IMG/VR virus record: IMGVR_UViG_3300047546_001659
Coordinates: 1 to 64,000 of that record
DNA from: a virus
Direction: 5' to 3' (one strand)
DNA: 64,000 nucleotides
Part shown: positions 51,754 to 62,934 of the stretch, in pieces
Position numbering within the stretch: position 1 is the stretch's first letter
Layout: each line of letters starts with the position of its first letter
Program-made: the position numbers and the translations under genes
Notes under the pieces: model-generated
Told to the model about the DNA's origin: nothing
Databases searched by the model: none
Seen by the model: the letters and a program-made list of their open reading frames with translations, nothing else

Positions 51754-53454
51754 TTATACCTGTAATGCTACAGCTCTTACATCACGCATTGTCGGGAAAT
51801 TAGCACCATCTACTGAGAATATGGCTATTTTGATAGAGAATGTATCAAAACCTCTATGAATAACACCAGCTGATGTGTAATATGTTAATGTTCCTACAGA
51901 TATTCCATTAGGGGCATCGCCTATTGAATCAAGATATGATACAGTATTTACAGGTGATGAGGGGCGAGATGTTGCAGAAGGTACACCAAATCTATATTCT
52001 TTATAATCTTCAAAATCTTTAGGTGAGCCATATATAGCGCCCAAACCATCAAGATAAGAAAGTTCTGTCCATGGTTTTGTATCAAATACATCAGAATCAG
52101 TTTGTGAATTTAAAAATTTACCATAAACTTTAATGTTTGTTCCTGGTGGTCTATATCCTGTGATCCAAACCTTTAAATCTTCTGCTACGGCGTCAAGAAC
52201 TACTGTTTTAGAGATATATTTACTTCTTGCATTACCATATCTAGTATGTTCATTGGTATCATCATTATTAATATAATTTGTAATATAATCTATTGTCTTG
52301 GTAGATAAATCAAGTACAGGTGAAAGATATTGACTAGAAGTATAAAGACCTATTTCATATGTTGATGTACCTTTTGTACCATATGTGCCGGTTGCTACTT
52401 CATTTGAATAACTTCTAATAATTCTTTCATAATCTCTAAATTCAAACAGGTCTTGATTTTGTATTACTGTACCAACTGAATCTTTTGTCAAAGCTGCTGA
52501 ATATGTTGCATTACTTGTACCATAATATTTAAAATCAGCATATGTACCAATAGGTTCATTCATTTTAAATTTAGGTACAACAGCATTATAGGGAATATCA
52601 TCAATAGATAATGTTGTTGCATTTGCTATAAGATTGGATGGTGTTATTAACTGCAGGTTGGCGTAATTTGATGTTCTATAAATTCTTAAATTTTTGTATT
52701 TTGTTGTATCAAATTTACCATTAGAATTTTTAATATGTAAAACCCCTTTACTCTCATCAATATATTTTACAAAGCCTCTTGGGTATTTTGTAGCATCAGT
52801 TAAAGTCTGTGTGAGATTTGTTGCATTCGCTGCATATACAATATCACCGATGTAAATTGGAACATTATTATCTTTTCTATAGATACCACCTGATGTAGAA
52901 AGATCTAATGTAATAAAATCTACTGTATCATTTCTAAAAGTAACTTTACCGGTACTTACTGGGAATTGTGCAATATACAAATTAAATTTTAAATCTTGTG
53001 TCTGAACTGCGGTCCAAGAATTACCATTTGATGAAATATAGAGTACTCCAGAATAAGCTTGTTGAGTTACAGACTGACCAGTAAGAACATCTTTTCCTCC
53101 AATTTCAGCACACCACATATCATAATCAGGAGTATTGTTATCCGGATAAACATAAAAAGCATATGGTTTATCTGTTTGAAGCATTAGGGGTTCTTGAAAT
53201 TTAAAAATAGTTTCTGCAGATGCATCTTCACTTACTAATATATCTTTAGGATATAAATGTCCAGAACCCATTCTTTTAGATGTATCTGGAACACCATTAT
53301 TTGTTTGAACAACTACACAAAACGCACCCAGTGAAGAAGATTTATTCTTGAAGAAAACACCTATTTGAGTAAGAAATACACCAGGAAGATTGCCAACTGA
53401 TGATGCATCAATTGTAAATGTTTGTGCAATTGGATTTGTTGCTTCTAATGCCAT
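51754..53454 (-). CDS. DUF4815/VrlC-like baseplate structural protein, C-terminal part
   Basis: NPIAQTF...GVFLTQIGVFF, T.FKFQEP, GVLYISSNGNSWT..Q.QDLKF.LY.A.F, SPVLDL, KYISKTVVL, FSIKI...P..RDVRAVAL. Confidence 0.75.
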   Translation of the reverse strand: MALEATNPIAQTFTIDASSVGNLPGVFLTQIGVFFKNKSSSLGAFCVVVQTNNGVPDTSKRMGSGHLYPKDILVSEDASAETIFKFQEPLMLQTDKPYAFYVYPDNNTPDYDMWCAEIGGKDVLTGQSVTQQAYSGVLYISSNGNSWTAVQTQDLKFNLYIAQFPVSTGKVTFRNDTVDFITLDLSTSGGIYRKDNNVPIYIGDIVYAANATNLTQTLTDATKYPRGFVKYIDESKGVLHIKNSNGKFDTTKYKNLRIYRTSNYANLQLITPSNLIANATTLSIDDIPYNAVVPKFKMNEPIGTYADFKYYGTSNATYSAALTKDSVGTVIQNQDLFEFRDYERIIRSYSNEVATGTYGTKGTSTYEIGLYTSSQYLSPVLDLSTKTIDYITNYINNDDTNEHTRYGNARSKYISKTVVLDAVAEDLKVWITGYRPPGTNIKVYGKFLNSQTDSDVFDTKPWTELSYLDGLGAIYGSPKDFEDYKEYRFGVPSATSRPSSPVNTVSYLDSIGDAPNGISVGTLTYYTSAGVIHRGFDTFSIKIAIFSVDGANFPTMRDVRAVALQV

Positions 53455-53470
53455 TAATAAATTCCTTAAA

Positions 53471-54892
53471 TTAACCTAATGTACTTCCATCACCATCTGA
53501 GAACCCATCAAATCCAGGTGCACCCGCCGCTTCCAATGCATCAAAAGCACTGGGCATATCACCACAAGGGTCTGGTGAGTGATCACCACCTCCACCTCCA
53601 CCGCCGCCTCCTCCGCCTCCTCCATAAGTAGGTGGTGGGGATGGTGGAGGTGGTGGATCTTGTGTAGTCCAAGTAAGAGGAGGCTGATCTTTCGTATTTG
53701 TAGAAGGTGTAAAGATAGGATCAATAATTTTAAATTGGACGTCTTGTTGTGTAACTGAAAGACCCATTGAAGTATATACACCTTCTGCAGATGTAATAAT
53801 GGCATCTTTATTATCAAGATTATTTACATTTGTGAGCATGAAAGATCTTTCACCTGCTCTAAATGTATTTTCTGGAAGATAGAAAATAAGAAGAATTTCA
53901 CCATAACGATTAGCTGTTAAAGTTCCTCCTAATGCTCCTGATGGTGTAAATTTATCAGCCGGGTCACCTTTAAATCCTGCAGCAAATTTATCTTCATCAA
54001 CAGTTCCATTTTCTTTAACAAAATCTTGACTAATTTGTGCCATGCAACAGTATTGACTTACTAATTTTTTATCAAAGAAAGGATATAGTATTGATCCTGG
54101 TCTTAAGAATCTTCCTATAATACCAATCTTTCTTCCTTTCATATAAGGAAGCATTGAAACATCCCTTACCACATTACCCATATCTTGATAAGTAGTTTGT
54201 GATGTTACTTTAATATCAGTAATAGTTTGTTTAACATCCATGGCCCAGTAATTGGTTTGACCACTCTCACCTGTTTGTTTAGGTGCACTATAGGTGGTAT
54301 CAATATCCTTGAAAGCACCATTAGCAGCAGCATCCTGCCAATTTTTAGCTTGGTCAATTGTAATCGTTTGAGGTGCTTGTTGAGTGGTTACATTGGTACC
54401 ATCATAGTTTGGATAACAGTGTAAGGCACCCTTGTAATTGTAAAATGTTTCTGCACAATTTCTATACATAGTCGCATAGGGGTTGCCGCCAAGTTTGATG
54501 CTGTTGTAGTTCAACATCATTAGACGACCACGCCATCCAACAGCAGTAGTATTAGTTTCATCAACTATTAAATCATTATATACTTCACCGAAATTAGGTC
54601 TAGCAATTGATTTAGAAGAACTAATAGCCATGTTAAATTCAGGATCATTAGTTCTTCCAATTGTACCGTCATTAAATGGATCTGCAAAGATACCATTTTT
54701 AAATCTTTCCAAACCACTTCCATCAGCTCTAGGAAGAGAAAGAGTCTTTGTATCCAATGCTAAGGCATTCAAGACAGAATAGTATTCAAGGGCTTTAATT
54801 CTTTGCTCAAGAGCAAAGATTTCTTTCATTGTATAGCCCTTAGTTGTTTGGATGTTTACTCTAACAGCAAGATCTTGTCTTTTGTAACCCAT
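53471..54892 (-). CDS. DUF4815/VrlC-like baseplate structural protein, middle part
   Basis: YTMKEIFALEQRIKALEYYSVL..L, GLERFKNGIFADPF, PYMKGR.I, LYPFFD, FRAGERSF.LT; ends in a Pro/Gly low-complexity tail. Confidence 0.75.
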   Translation of the reverse strand: MGYKRQDLAVRVNIQTTKGYTMKEIFALEQRIKALEYYSVLNALALDTKTLSLPRADGSGLERFKNGIFADPFNDGTIGRTNDPEFNMAISSSKSIARPNFGEVYNDLIVDETNTTAVGWRGRLMMLNYNSIKLGGNPYATMYRNCAETFYNYKGALHCYPNYDGTNVTTQQAPQTITIDQAKNWQDAAANGAFKDIDTTYSAPKQTGESGQTNYWAMDVKQTITDIKVTSQTTYQDMGNVVRDVSMLPYMKGRKIGIIGRFLRPGSILYPFFDKKLVSQYCCMAQISQDFVKENGTVDEDKFAAGFKGDPADKFTPSGALGGTLTANRYGEILLIFYLPENTFRAGERSFMLTNVNNLDNKDAIITSAEGVYTSMGLSVTQQDVQFKIIDPIFTPSTNTKDQPPLTWTTQDPPPPPSPPPTYGGGGGGGGGGGGGDHSPDPCGDMPSAFDALEAAGAPGFDGFSDGDGSTLG

Positions 54893-54894
54893 AA

Positions 54895-57800
54895 TTATTC
54901 TGCTTCCGAAAATGTTAAGGATGGATATGGTGTAACATACACATCTGCAATTTTTAATCCCGTATCATTTACAATAGGTGGTTTTGAATTATAAGAAGGT
55001 GCACTTGATTTGACACTTAATAGACCATCTTTATTTATTATAAGGGTATCAACTCGTGGCAGATAATATTCAATGTTATAAGTCATGTTAGTATCTGGTT
55101 CAATGGCCATTTTAACACTTGGTGAAGAATAATATACTAATGATGTGTTGGCTGGATTGATTGTATAATTTGGAAAAACTGCAGATACAGAACTAACAGC
55201 TGTATTTTTCATTACAGGTCTAAAATCAATGTGATTTCTAAGATCATAAAGATTACCAGAGATATCTTTGTAAACTGGAATCTGTGCAGTAACAACAGCT
55301 GTTGTATTTGCAGTATTAGCATCATCAATTGAGTAGGAATCTACAGAGAAGAATGTTGCCTTTGTTGAGGTAACATTAGGTGTAAAATGATCTAGTCTTA
55401 CAAATATTCTTGATGTAGAAGAGATAGCATTTTTAAATTGCGGAAGAATGGAGATGTAACTTAAACCATAGAAATTATCTCTTTGTCCATTATCAAAACT
55501 AAACCAATCTTTTCTATCAGGATTGGTATTAGCAAAATTAGCACCAACATATATTGCTTTAATATTATATACATCAGGAATACCAAGAGACCACGGACCA
55601 CTTGTTGATGCTGGATGACTTGCGCAATTAATAGCTACATAAGCATCTTTTGTAACAACTTTTTCTATAGGTGTTGCTTGATTTCTTACTAAAGGAACTT
55701 GTGCTCTTATTTGATATGTTTGACTTGTATCTAAATCAAGAGCAACAGTGATACCCATTTGATTTACTTTAGGAGGTGAACCAGATGTTGAGAATGAAAT
55801 AACATTACCACCACCATTGAAATCAACGTGTGTGCCTACCTTAAAAAATCTTTGTAGAGTAATAGAACTTGCATCAGCTACACCTGATAGAGGTGGTGTA
55901 ATTGAAATACTATTAGCAGAATTGATAGCTGTGATTGTATGATAAGAAACTGTAGGAACAGTTGCAACTTTATAGGAAGCTTTAATACCATCACCTACCT
56001 TAGGGAAAATACCGGAAGTTGTTGGCGTGGTAATAGGATATGATAATGAACCCCAGTTATTGATAAAGCTACCAGTTGCAGCAGTAACAGCAGCACAAGT
56101 AACGTTACTGTGAGTAGCGTTAGAGACACCGCCCTGTGAACCCAAACTTATAGTAGTTGTTGAATAACAGTTGGCTAATGTATCTTGTGCAAATTGTACA
56201 TGTATATCAGTAGAAAGACTATCATCAAGCCCTGCAGTAGCACCATAATTAAATTCGTCTGTTCCCGATGTAAATGATGCTGTAAAAGATCCTGATCCAC
56301 GAGTTGCATTTACTGCATCTAATGTTGTTCTATAGATGTAGGAGGTATTGTTAGCACCAGTTGAACTTAATAATCTTTTAGTTCCATCTAGACCAGTATA
56401 GAACAATAATGATTTTTGTGTTGTATCACTTTGATATAGTTGATTAAATGATCCAGTAGTTGTTCTTGTTTCTGGAACAATATCACCAAAGATTTTTGTA
56501 AATGTACCACTTACTTTACCGATACTTTTTACGTTTGCCTGAAAACTATTTCCTGGTACTAAATTGATATTAGTAACATAAACAAGATATTGAGCTTGTG
56601 CGGTTCCTTTAATACCTGAATAATATTTTACAGCACGGATGGTTGCATTACCAACAATTGTTCCTGTTGGATTTACACCACCTGCAAAGTTTTTAGTAAG
56701 TGAGTATTGATTGGCGCTATAAAGATCAACTGATTCTATTCCTCCAACATCAACTATACCGGAGAAATCCGCAACCTTCATATAGTTACCGAAATTTACT
56801 GTTACTCTTTCATTAAGTGATGAATTAGAATCAATACCTCTTCTTACTTCAATTCTTCTTGGTGATCTAAATTCAACTCTGTAACCATCAACATAAGCAA
56901 CACCTGGTGAAACAGTATAATACATTGTTTGTGTATTAGAAGTAGGTTCAACATTTACTTGAAATGGTTTTACAACATAATCACCAGATTCTTCTTTGGT
57001 TCTTTTTGCCATAACATCCCCAATAATTGAATAAAGAGGATCTTCTTGAATAGTTACAGCAGTACCTGTCCCACCACTGAAATCTACTACAGGTACAAAA
57101 TCTTTAGGTATAATAACATCTGTATTAGTAGTATCATAAGCAATAAGATCAGGAACTAGTTTAAGTCTGTAAGCACCAGGAGCGTTATAATTAGGACTTC
57201 CTAATGAGTTATCATACAAAGATGGATCTTCGTGAGGTGTTACAATATATTCTTTTGTATTGAACCCAACTTTAATACCTACAGCATTAGTACTGTGTTC
57301 TTTAATCATGAAATTTTTTGGATTTGATTTAAGGAAGAATCCTTTTTGATAAATTATACCTTGGCCAACGTGAAGACCAAATCCAGTACCTAAAGCATTT
57401 ACTGTATTATTACTTGGAAGTGTATAGATATCTCCAACATAATAATTAGGATTCAACGCACCTGTTTTGTCTTGCAGAGGTGAATATACATTTATCTTTT
57501 CACCTGCTGTACTAAATGTATAAACAGGAGTACCAGTACCAGTCAATGATCCGCCACTTGAAGCGTCTGAACGACCTGTATTAATATAAATTACATAGGC
57601 TCTATTAGTATCATTACTACCACGATTTACAGCAGCTTCTGCACCACTAAATGCCTCAAAAATTGCAGCTCTTAAAAGTGTATTATTTGAAACCAGAAGA
57701 TAAGAATCTGACATATGTGACTGGACATTGGCAACATCAGTTACTTCTCTAGTTAACAATTTAAAATCTAAAGTTGCAGTGTTACTATCTTTAAATTTAA

Positions 57801-58032
57801 CTTGTGGCAATGCGGGATATTGAGTAAAATTGCAACCTTCAACCACAGAACCATCTTTGTAAATACTAGAACCAAATCTTGAGATTTGTTTCTGCATCAT
57901 TGTTTGAAGCTGAGTTAATTCTCTCGCTTGCACGGCAGTTGATGGGCGGAACAAAACGCGATAATACATTTTGTCTTCATCATAATCATCATAAAAAGGT
58001 GCAACATTAAAATTCGTTTGTAACTCAGCCAT
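54895..58032 (-). CDS. DUF4815/VrlC-like baseplate structural protein, N-terminal part
   Basis: TNFNVAPFYDDYDEDK.YYRVLFRP..AVQARELTQLQ, NYNAPGA.RLKL, AKRTKEESGDYVVKPF, PGVAYVDGY, LRNHIDFRP, YYLPRVD. Confidence 0.82.
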   Translation of the reverse strand: MAELQTNFNVAPFYDDYDEDKMYYRVLFRPSTAVQARELTQLQTMMQKQISRFGSSIYKDGSVVEGCNFTQYPALPQVKFKDSNTATLDFKLLTREVTDVANVQSHMSDSYLLVSNNTLLRAAIFEAFSGAEAAVNRGSNDTNRAYVIYINTGRSDASSGGSLTGTGTPVYTFSTAGEKINVYSPLQDKTGALNPNYYVGDIYTLPSNNTVNALGTGFGLHVGQGIIYQKGFFLKSNPKNFMIKEHSTNAVGIKVGFNTKEYIVTPHEDPSLYDNSLGSPNYNAPGAYRLKLVPDLIAYDTTNTDVIIPKDFVPVVDFSGGTGTAVTIQEDPLYSIIGDVMAKRTKEESGDYVVKPFQVNVEPTSNTQTMYYTVSPGVAYVDGYRVEFRSPRRIEVRRGIDSNSSLNERVTVNFGNYMKVADFSGIVDVGGIESVDLYSANQYSLTKNFAGGVNPTGTIVGNATIRAVKYYSGIKGTAQAQYLVYVTNINLVPGNSFQANVKSIGKVSGTFTKIFGDIVPETRTTTGSFNQLYQSDTTQKSLLFYTGLDGTKRLLSSTGANNTSYIYRTTLDAVNATRGSGSFTASFTSGTDEFNYGATAGLDDSLSTDIHVQFAQDTLANCYSTTTISLGSQGGVSNATHSNVTCAAVTAATGSFINNWGSLSYPITTPTTSGIFPKVGDGIKASYKVATVPTVSYHTITAINSANSISITPPLSGVADASSITLQRFFKVGTHVDFNGGGNVISFSTSGSPPKVNQMGITVALDLDTSQTYQIRAQVPLVRNQATPIEKVVTKDAYVAINCASHPASTSGPWSLGIPDVYNIKAIYVGANFANTNPDRKDWFSFDNGQRDNFYGLSYISILPQFKNAISSTSRIFVRLDHFTPNVTSTKATFFSVDSYSIDDANTANTTAVVTAQIPVYKDISGNLYDLRNHIDFRPVMKNTAVSSVSAVFPNYTINPANTSLVYYSSPSVKMAIEPDTNMTYNIEYYLPRVDTLIINKDGLLSVKSSAPSYNSKPPIVNDTGLKIADVYVTPYPSLTFSEAE

Positions 58033-58041
58033 TTCTATTCC

Positions 58042-59538
58042 TTAGAATTTAAAATATATTTTAACATCTTCAGATTTAATACCTGTTCTACTGATAGGTT
58101 CAATATTTTTATAATATAAAACCTCAGATGAATAAGGAACAAGATCTTTATTATTTATTGTTGAAATAACAACTGTTTTTCCTGACGATAATGAAGTAAT
58201 TGTTTCATAAGGATTGAAAGTGCCCACTTCATTAAGGACATATATGCTTGAAGTATTCATGAAAGCAACAGTAGCTTTAGCTTTACTATTAAATCCCTGT
58301 ATTTCTTCACCAACAGAAAGAAGAGACGGTGCAGTTAAGACACCAAAATTTAACATTTGATTAAATGTTCTTCCCTGAAAGTTAGCAAGATTAGCAGCGG
58401 CTGTTGGATTCTGAATAAGTGAAACTTGTCTATATTTACCCCAAGGTGGTAAATTATCAAATGAAGAAGTTGAAACTGAAAGACCAACAGTATCACCACC
58501 TAGTTCAGAAGTGGGATTAGATCCGTGTCCTTCCTCGGGAGAAATTATAGCATAAGCTGTTGCATTAGATCCAAAATATGTATTACATTCAATTGAAATA
58601 TTTGCGTAAGTATAATTTCTACCTCTAGCTATTACACGAATAGAAGAAATATTACCATTAGCATTTACTTCTGAAATAGCCTTAGCACCTGAACCATCAC
58701 CTGTAATATAAACTTGTGGACCAATTTTAAATTTAGAAGTGCTGCTTAATCCTGTTATGGATTTATCTGTAAACACATATTTTCCAGAACTATTAACAAT
58801 ATAATCCTTGATAAGTGTTAATGCACCTGACCCTGAACCAGCTGAAATATAAAAATAAGAATTAGTATAAGCCCCACTAATTGAGATAACACCTGAATTT
58901 GATACTTTAAATTTTTTATCACTTATTATACTATCAAATGTACCGTTTCCAGAAATATAGTTGTTACCTGAATTGCTAGGTAGAATGACATGAAGTGCAC
59001 CGGGCTCTGCCGTTGCAACAACTGTTGGATTGGGAATTATAGGAAAATATACATCAGTGGAAAATTTCTTTACATTTTTATTATTAATGGCAAACATAAA
59101 TTTCCATTTGTATCCATCGGAGGTATTGAAATCCCCTTTTGACACAGTCAAATTTGGCTCTACAGTTGATGGAGCACCATAATTATTAAACAAACATTTA
59201 TAAACACGATTTAAACTATTAATAACATAAAAGTTTTTACTATAAAGATTAGGATCATTATGAGTATAATAATCATAAACGGTTCCTGAAGTCCAATTAA
59301 TTTTCTTTCCAACACACACAATATCATCTGGTGTTACTTTTTTACCAAAAATCATTTCTTTATTAACATCAATAAATGATGTCTGTACAGAAGTGTTTGG
59401 TAATGGAGGAATTGAATCATCATCCCATTCAAAATATTTGCCAAAAGCAATATAAAAATTAGAAGCAGTATTGCCGACACTTTCTTTAAATGCCTCGACA
59501 AATTTATTTTTAATGTTTTGTGTAAAGGTGCCTGCCAT
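58042..59538 (-). CDS. gp8: Baseplate wedge protein (gp8-like)
   Basis: FYIAFGK...W.D...PP.P, WTSGTVYDYY, FYVINS..RVYKCLFNN.G.PSTVEP, DGYKWKFM, ISP..GHGSNP..ELG, VLY..NI.PI.R...EDVKI. Confidence 0.85.
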   Translation of the reverse strand: MAGTFTQNIKNKFVEAFKESVGNTASNFYIAFGKYFEWDDDSIPPLPNTSVQTSFIDVNKEMIFGKKVTPDDIVCVGKKINWTSGTVYDYYTHNDPNLYSKNFYVINSLNRVYKCLFNNYGAPSTVEPNLTVSKGDFNTSDGYKWKFMFAINNKNVKKFSTDVYFPIIPNPTVVATAEPGALHVILPSNSGNNYISGNGTFDSIISDKKFKVSNSGVISISGAYTNSYFYISAGSGSGALTLIKDYIVNSSGKYVFTDKSITGLSSTSKFKIGPQVYITGDGSGAKAISEVNANGNISSIRVIARGRNYTYANISIECNTYFGSNATAYAIISPEEGHGSNPTSELGGDTVGLSVSTSSFDNLPPWGKYRQVSLIQNPTAAANLANFQGRTFNQMLNFGVLTAPSLLSVGEEIQGFNSKAKATVAFMNTSSIYVLNEVGTFNPYETITSLSSGKTVVISTINNKDLVPYSSEVLYYKNIEPISRTGIKSEDVKIYFKF

Positions 59539-59551
59539 AATATCAGCCGTA

Positions 59552-61141
59552 TTAAGTGGTTGTTACTGAATCATAAACTAATTCTGTATTTAAATTTTTA
59601 CTATCTAAAATTGTCGGATGACCAAATACTTTATTACCTACTGGGTGGTAAACTTGTTTAAGAACATCAATATATTTATCCAAGGATTTTTCAACCTGAA
59701 TTTCATATGAAAATTCTTGGTAATAATCACTATCTTGAATATATTTGTCGGCGTTTAAGAAACCACTAGTATCAGTCCATTCACCTTCCGATTTACCTAT
59801 AGCACCAGATATAATAGTCAACTCTGCAGAACATTCAGAATTAGCAGTATTATAAAATTCTAATGTCTCATCATCATTAAATCCAAAGCCTGATGATATT
59901 AATTCTACAGTTTCTATTACACCGTTACCAGTTGTAGGTACACCGTGTATAATACTATCATTGCCCCAGAATTTGCCCTTAGGATCTTTTATTCCATATC
60001 CCTTAACTTTGTAATCTATAACTTCAACTGTAACATCACCATCATAACGATGATCACCTGAGCTTATAGACCCTAGAGAAGCAATAGTACCTACTTGAAC
60101 AATACTATCAGTTAATGCGTTACCGATTACGGATCCAACTGAAGCCATTTTTAAATTTGATCCATACGAGGCAGCACTAATTAATGTATTCATTTCTGGA
60201 TCAAGTAAATTTGTATTATATGTAAAATTGACCGTATTAGAAATAGATTTAACTTTGAATACTGCTCCGGAACCCTTTGTATTAGCACCTTGTGTAATCA
60301 ATATAGTAGAATTGGTTGAATAACCATACCCACCGTCTCTCAATATAAATCTTAAATAACCTCTTAACTTATCACTATCAGTTAAAGTGCTTACATCATA
60401 TATTAGACCTTCACCAGATGTACTAGTGGTTTGCAAAGGATCACCTGGTGTATTATTTTCAGATGATGTAAATACAGTTGCACCTATTGCAGATCCTTTT
60501 ACTTTAGAAGCTTCTAAAATATTAATTCCATCAGTAAGAAGATATTCACCTTTAACAAATAATGAACCAGAAGGACCTGGAACTAAATCTTTTACATAAA
60601 GAACATGGGCTACTTGAAGACCTGTATAAATTTGTACTGAGGAAGAGACAAAGGCAACTGCACCTGACGTAGTACCCTTTATATATTTTTTATGATAAAG
60701 GTGATTGATATCTGTTTCTTCAATTTCAATATATTGATTAGATTGCCATGTACCATCAGAGGTTCTTAACATATCCTCTTGAGGAACAAATAAAAGTATT
60801 TCTAGATCGTATAATAATCTAAAAAGTAATTTGAGACCTTCGACAGATCCTTTTGATCTATAAACATCTAATATATGTTTTTCTAAAAGGGCTTTATCTG
60901 ATAATACTTTTCTTGGTATACCAAACATAAACTTTGAAAGGTAGTTATCAATATATTCCGTTGATACTTCATCAACATCCGAATATTCAAGTAATCTTCT
61001 TGATTTGAATATAGGACCACCTTCATCCATCCATTCATAATAAGCTTTGACAAAAGTGACAAAATCATCACCCTCTTCCCTATAAAATTCAGGAAATTGT
61101 CTGCTAACCAATGATGATATTTTTTTAAGTTCAGCTTCCAT
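59552..61141 (-). CDS. Baseplate wedge protein (gp7-like)
   Basis: QFPEFYRE...FVTFVKAYYEW, YRSKGS..GLKLLFRLLY, SDGTW, IQDSDYYQEFSYEI, YHPVG..VFG; lies between gp6 and gp8. Confidence 0.78.
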   Translation of the reverse strand: MEAELKKISSLVSRQFPEFYREEGDDFVTFVKAYYEWMDEGGPIFKSRRLLEYSDVDEVSTEYIDNYLSKFMFGIPRKVLSDKALLEKHILDVYRSKGSVEGLKLLFRLLYDLEILLFVPQEDMLRTSDGTWQSNQYIEIEETDINHLYHKKYIKGTTSGAVAFVSSSVQIYTGLQVAHVLYVKDLVPGPSGSLFVKGEYLLTDGINILEASKVKGSAIGATVFTSSENNTPGDPLQTTSTSGEGLIYDVSTLTDSDKLRGYLRFILRDGGYGYSTNSTILITQGANTKGSGAVFKVKSISNTVNFTYNTNLLDPEMNTLISAASYGSNLKMASVGSVIGNALTDSIVQVGTIASLGSISSGDHRYDGDVTVEVIDYKVKGYGIKDPKGKFWGNDSIIHGVPTTGNGVIETVELISSGFGFNDDETLEFYNTANSECSAELTIISGAIGKSEGEWTDTSGFLNADKYIQDSDYYQEFSYEIQVEKSLDKYIDVLKQVYHPVGNKVFGHPTILDSKNLNTELVYDSVTTT

Positions 61142-62934
61142 TATTGTCTTACAACGTTAATTGAAATGAGTAGTTTGGAAAAATCAATTTTAAGATATTT
61201 ACTTTCTTGAACAACAATATCATCATTTAAAGTAATAGCATAAAAATCAATATAGTTAATATAATCTTGTACGGTAATATCTAAAACTACAGCACCTGTA
61301 TCATAATTAACAGTTCCTATATTTTCATTTAAAATGATTTGTTTAGAATCAGGTGTGAGGTAATATAGTCTTAAAAGACCTTCACCATTATCTGAAATGC
61401 GGGCATTGTAAGATACATTATCTTTAAGGTAAGTAAAGAAATCAGATCTTACTGTTTCTTCTTCACCTTCTATATAAGGTTTTTTAAATGGTCTATATAG
61501 AGGATTTGAGAAGGAAAAAGATAATCTTTGTGAAATTCCTTTTGGAGGTGCGGTTCTGTATATTGCTCTTAAGTATGTTTGATTACTAATGATTGCTGGA
61601 TCTGCTTCATCAATCATTGATGATAATCTTGATTTTCTTAAATCGTTACCAAAATCTGTAAGATAAAGATCGCTATATTCTTGAATTTTTGAAATAACTT
61701 CTGTTTTTAATTGTTGTAAACTTTTTGAAGTGAGAGTAGGATCATATCTAACATCTGATACTACTTCAACATAGAGATATTCAGGATCTATAATAACAGG
61801 TTCTGTGGTAATACTTTTTGTTTTTAAATAAGTAATAATATTTGTTTTTAACTCTGAAGCTACAATTGGATTGCTTCCGTAAGGAATCATACTAATAATA
61901 ACCTTACCATATTGTGGAGGATCTGCAAGTTCACCCCCATAAACATTTACTGTTTTGATTTGTGGATAACTTTCAATAATTATATTTTTATAATCATCTT
62001 TGGTCACAGCACGATTTTGAGATGCAAAGTGTCGAGGAGCGTTATACTTAATTGATTCAATAGTTTCTCTTTCAGATCCATCAGCAGCAGGTGTATTTGT
62101 TGAAACTGCTACCGAATATAATCCATTTTCTACTTTTGTAGTAGGTGTAAAAGTATAAGCCTTGTTACCTAATTCACCGTTGGTTGATCTATATTTGATA
62201 TTTACAATGTTTCCATTTGTTAATTTTTTGCCCAATATTCCATCACCGAATATGATTTCATATTGATTTGCACCATATCCTTGAATAAAATAAATTTCAG
62301 AATTAGAATCTAAACCGTACAGATTTTCAGCGTAAGTGTAAACAGAATTTGAGGAATCTGTGGTCGATTTAACAACAGTTACCTTTATACTATTGGTGTC
62401 AACATTCTCTGAATTAATAATGTATCTTACACCATCAGCCACATTAAAAAACTCATTTACGATTTTGCCTTCATAAATGTAAACAGGATCACTTGTATAT
62501 GAAACACCATTATATGTTAAAACAAGTGTTTCATCAGTAGTAAAATCTAAATTGGTATTATCAACAACTGCCCTTGTTGTATAATTTTCAGGTATGGTAA
62601 CTGTTGGAGGAGTATCTTGTCCTGTATTAACAGTAAAAGAAACAAGAGCTCTGGCAGATGTTCTAGATCTCGGTAAGTAATTTAATTCTTTAGCATGTGA
62701 AACAACTGAATTTTTAATTTGAGCTGAATCTAAAAACATTTCACTTCCTATCATATTAAGATAGTAAGCATTCATATAGGAATTATATGAAAGAAGATCA
62801 ATCAAAGCATTAAGATTTGATCCTTCAAAATCATAGTCTTTAAATTCAGTTTTACTCTTCAAAAAAGTTTTTAGGTTTTGTTTAATACCATCAAAACTTA
62901 ATTCGGATACACTTAAGAATCCTGTGTTTGCCAT
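61141..62934 (-). CDS. gp6: Baseplate wedge protein gp6
   Basis: LSFDGIKQNLK.FL, FKDYDFEGS.L..LIDLLSYN, EMFLDSA....SVVSHAK.L.Y.PRS, FGDG.LG, ESIKYNAP..F..QNRAVT..DY, PPQYGKV. Confidence 0.95.
   Translation of the reverse strand: MANTGFLSVSELSFDGIKQNLKTFLKSKTEFKDYDFEGSNLNALIDLLSYNSYMNAYYLNMIGSEMFLDSAQIKNSVVSHAKELNYLPRSRTSARALVSFTVNTGQDTPPTVTIPENYTTRAVVDNTNLDFTTDETLVLTYNGVSYTSDPVYIYEGKIVNEFFNVADGVRYIINSENVDTNSIKVTVVKSTTDSSNSVYTYAENLYGLDSNSEIYFIQGYGANQYEIIFGDGILGKKLTNGNIVNIKYRSTNGELGNKAYTFTPTTKVENGLYSVAVSTNTPAADGSERETIESIKYNAPRHFASQNRAVTKDDYKNIIIESYPQIKTVNVYGGELADPPQYGKVIISMIPYGSNPIVASELKTNIITYLKTKSITTEPVIIDPEYLYVEVVSDVRYDPTLTSKSLQQLKTEVISKIQEYSDLYLTDFGNDLRKSRLSSMIDEADPAIISNQTYLRAIYRTAPPKGISQRLSFSFSNPLYRPFKKPYIEGEEETVRSDFFTYLKDNVSYNARISDNGEGLLRLYYLTPDSKQIILNENIGTVNYDTGAVVLDITVQDYINYIDFYAITLNDDIVVQESKYLKIDFSKLLISINVVRQ

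Noticed and set aside
51754-58032. Stop-codon reassignment as the cause of the split DUF4815-like gene
   Set aside because: The breaks are TAA with frame changes; conserved genes are intact under code 11, and TAG (gp17) and TGA act as normal stops.
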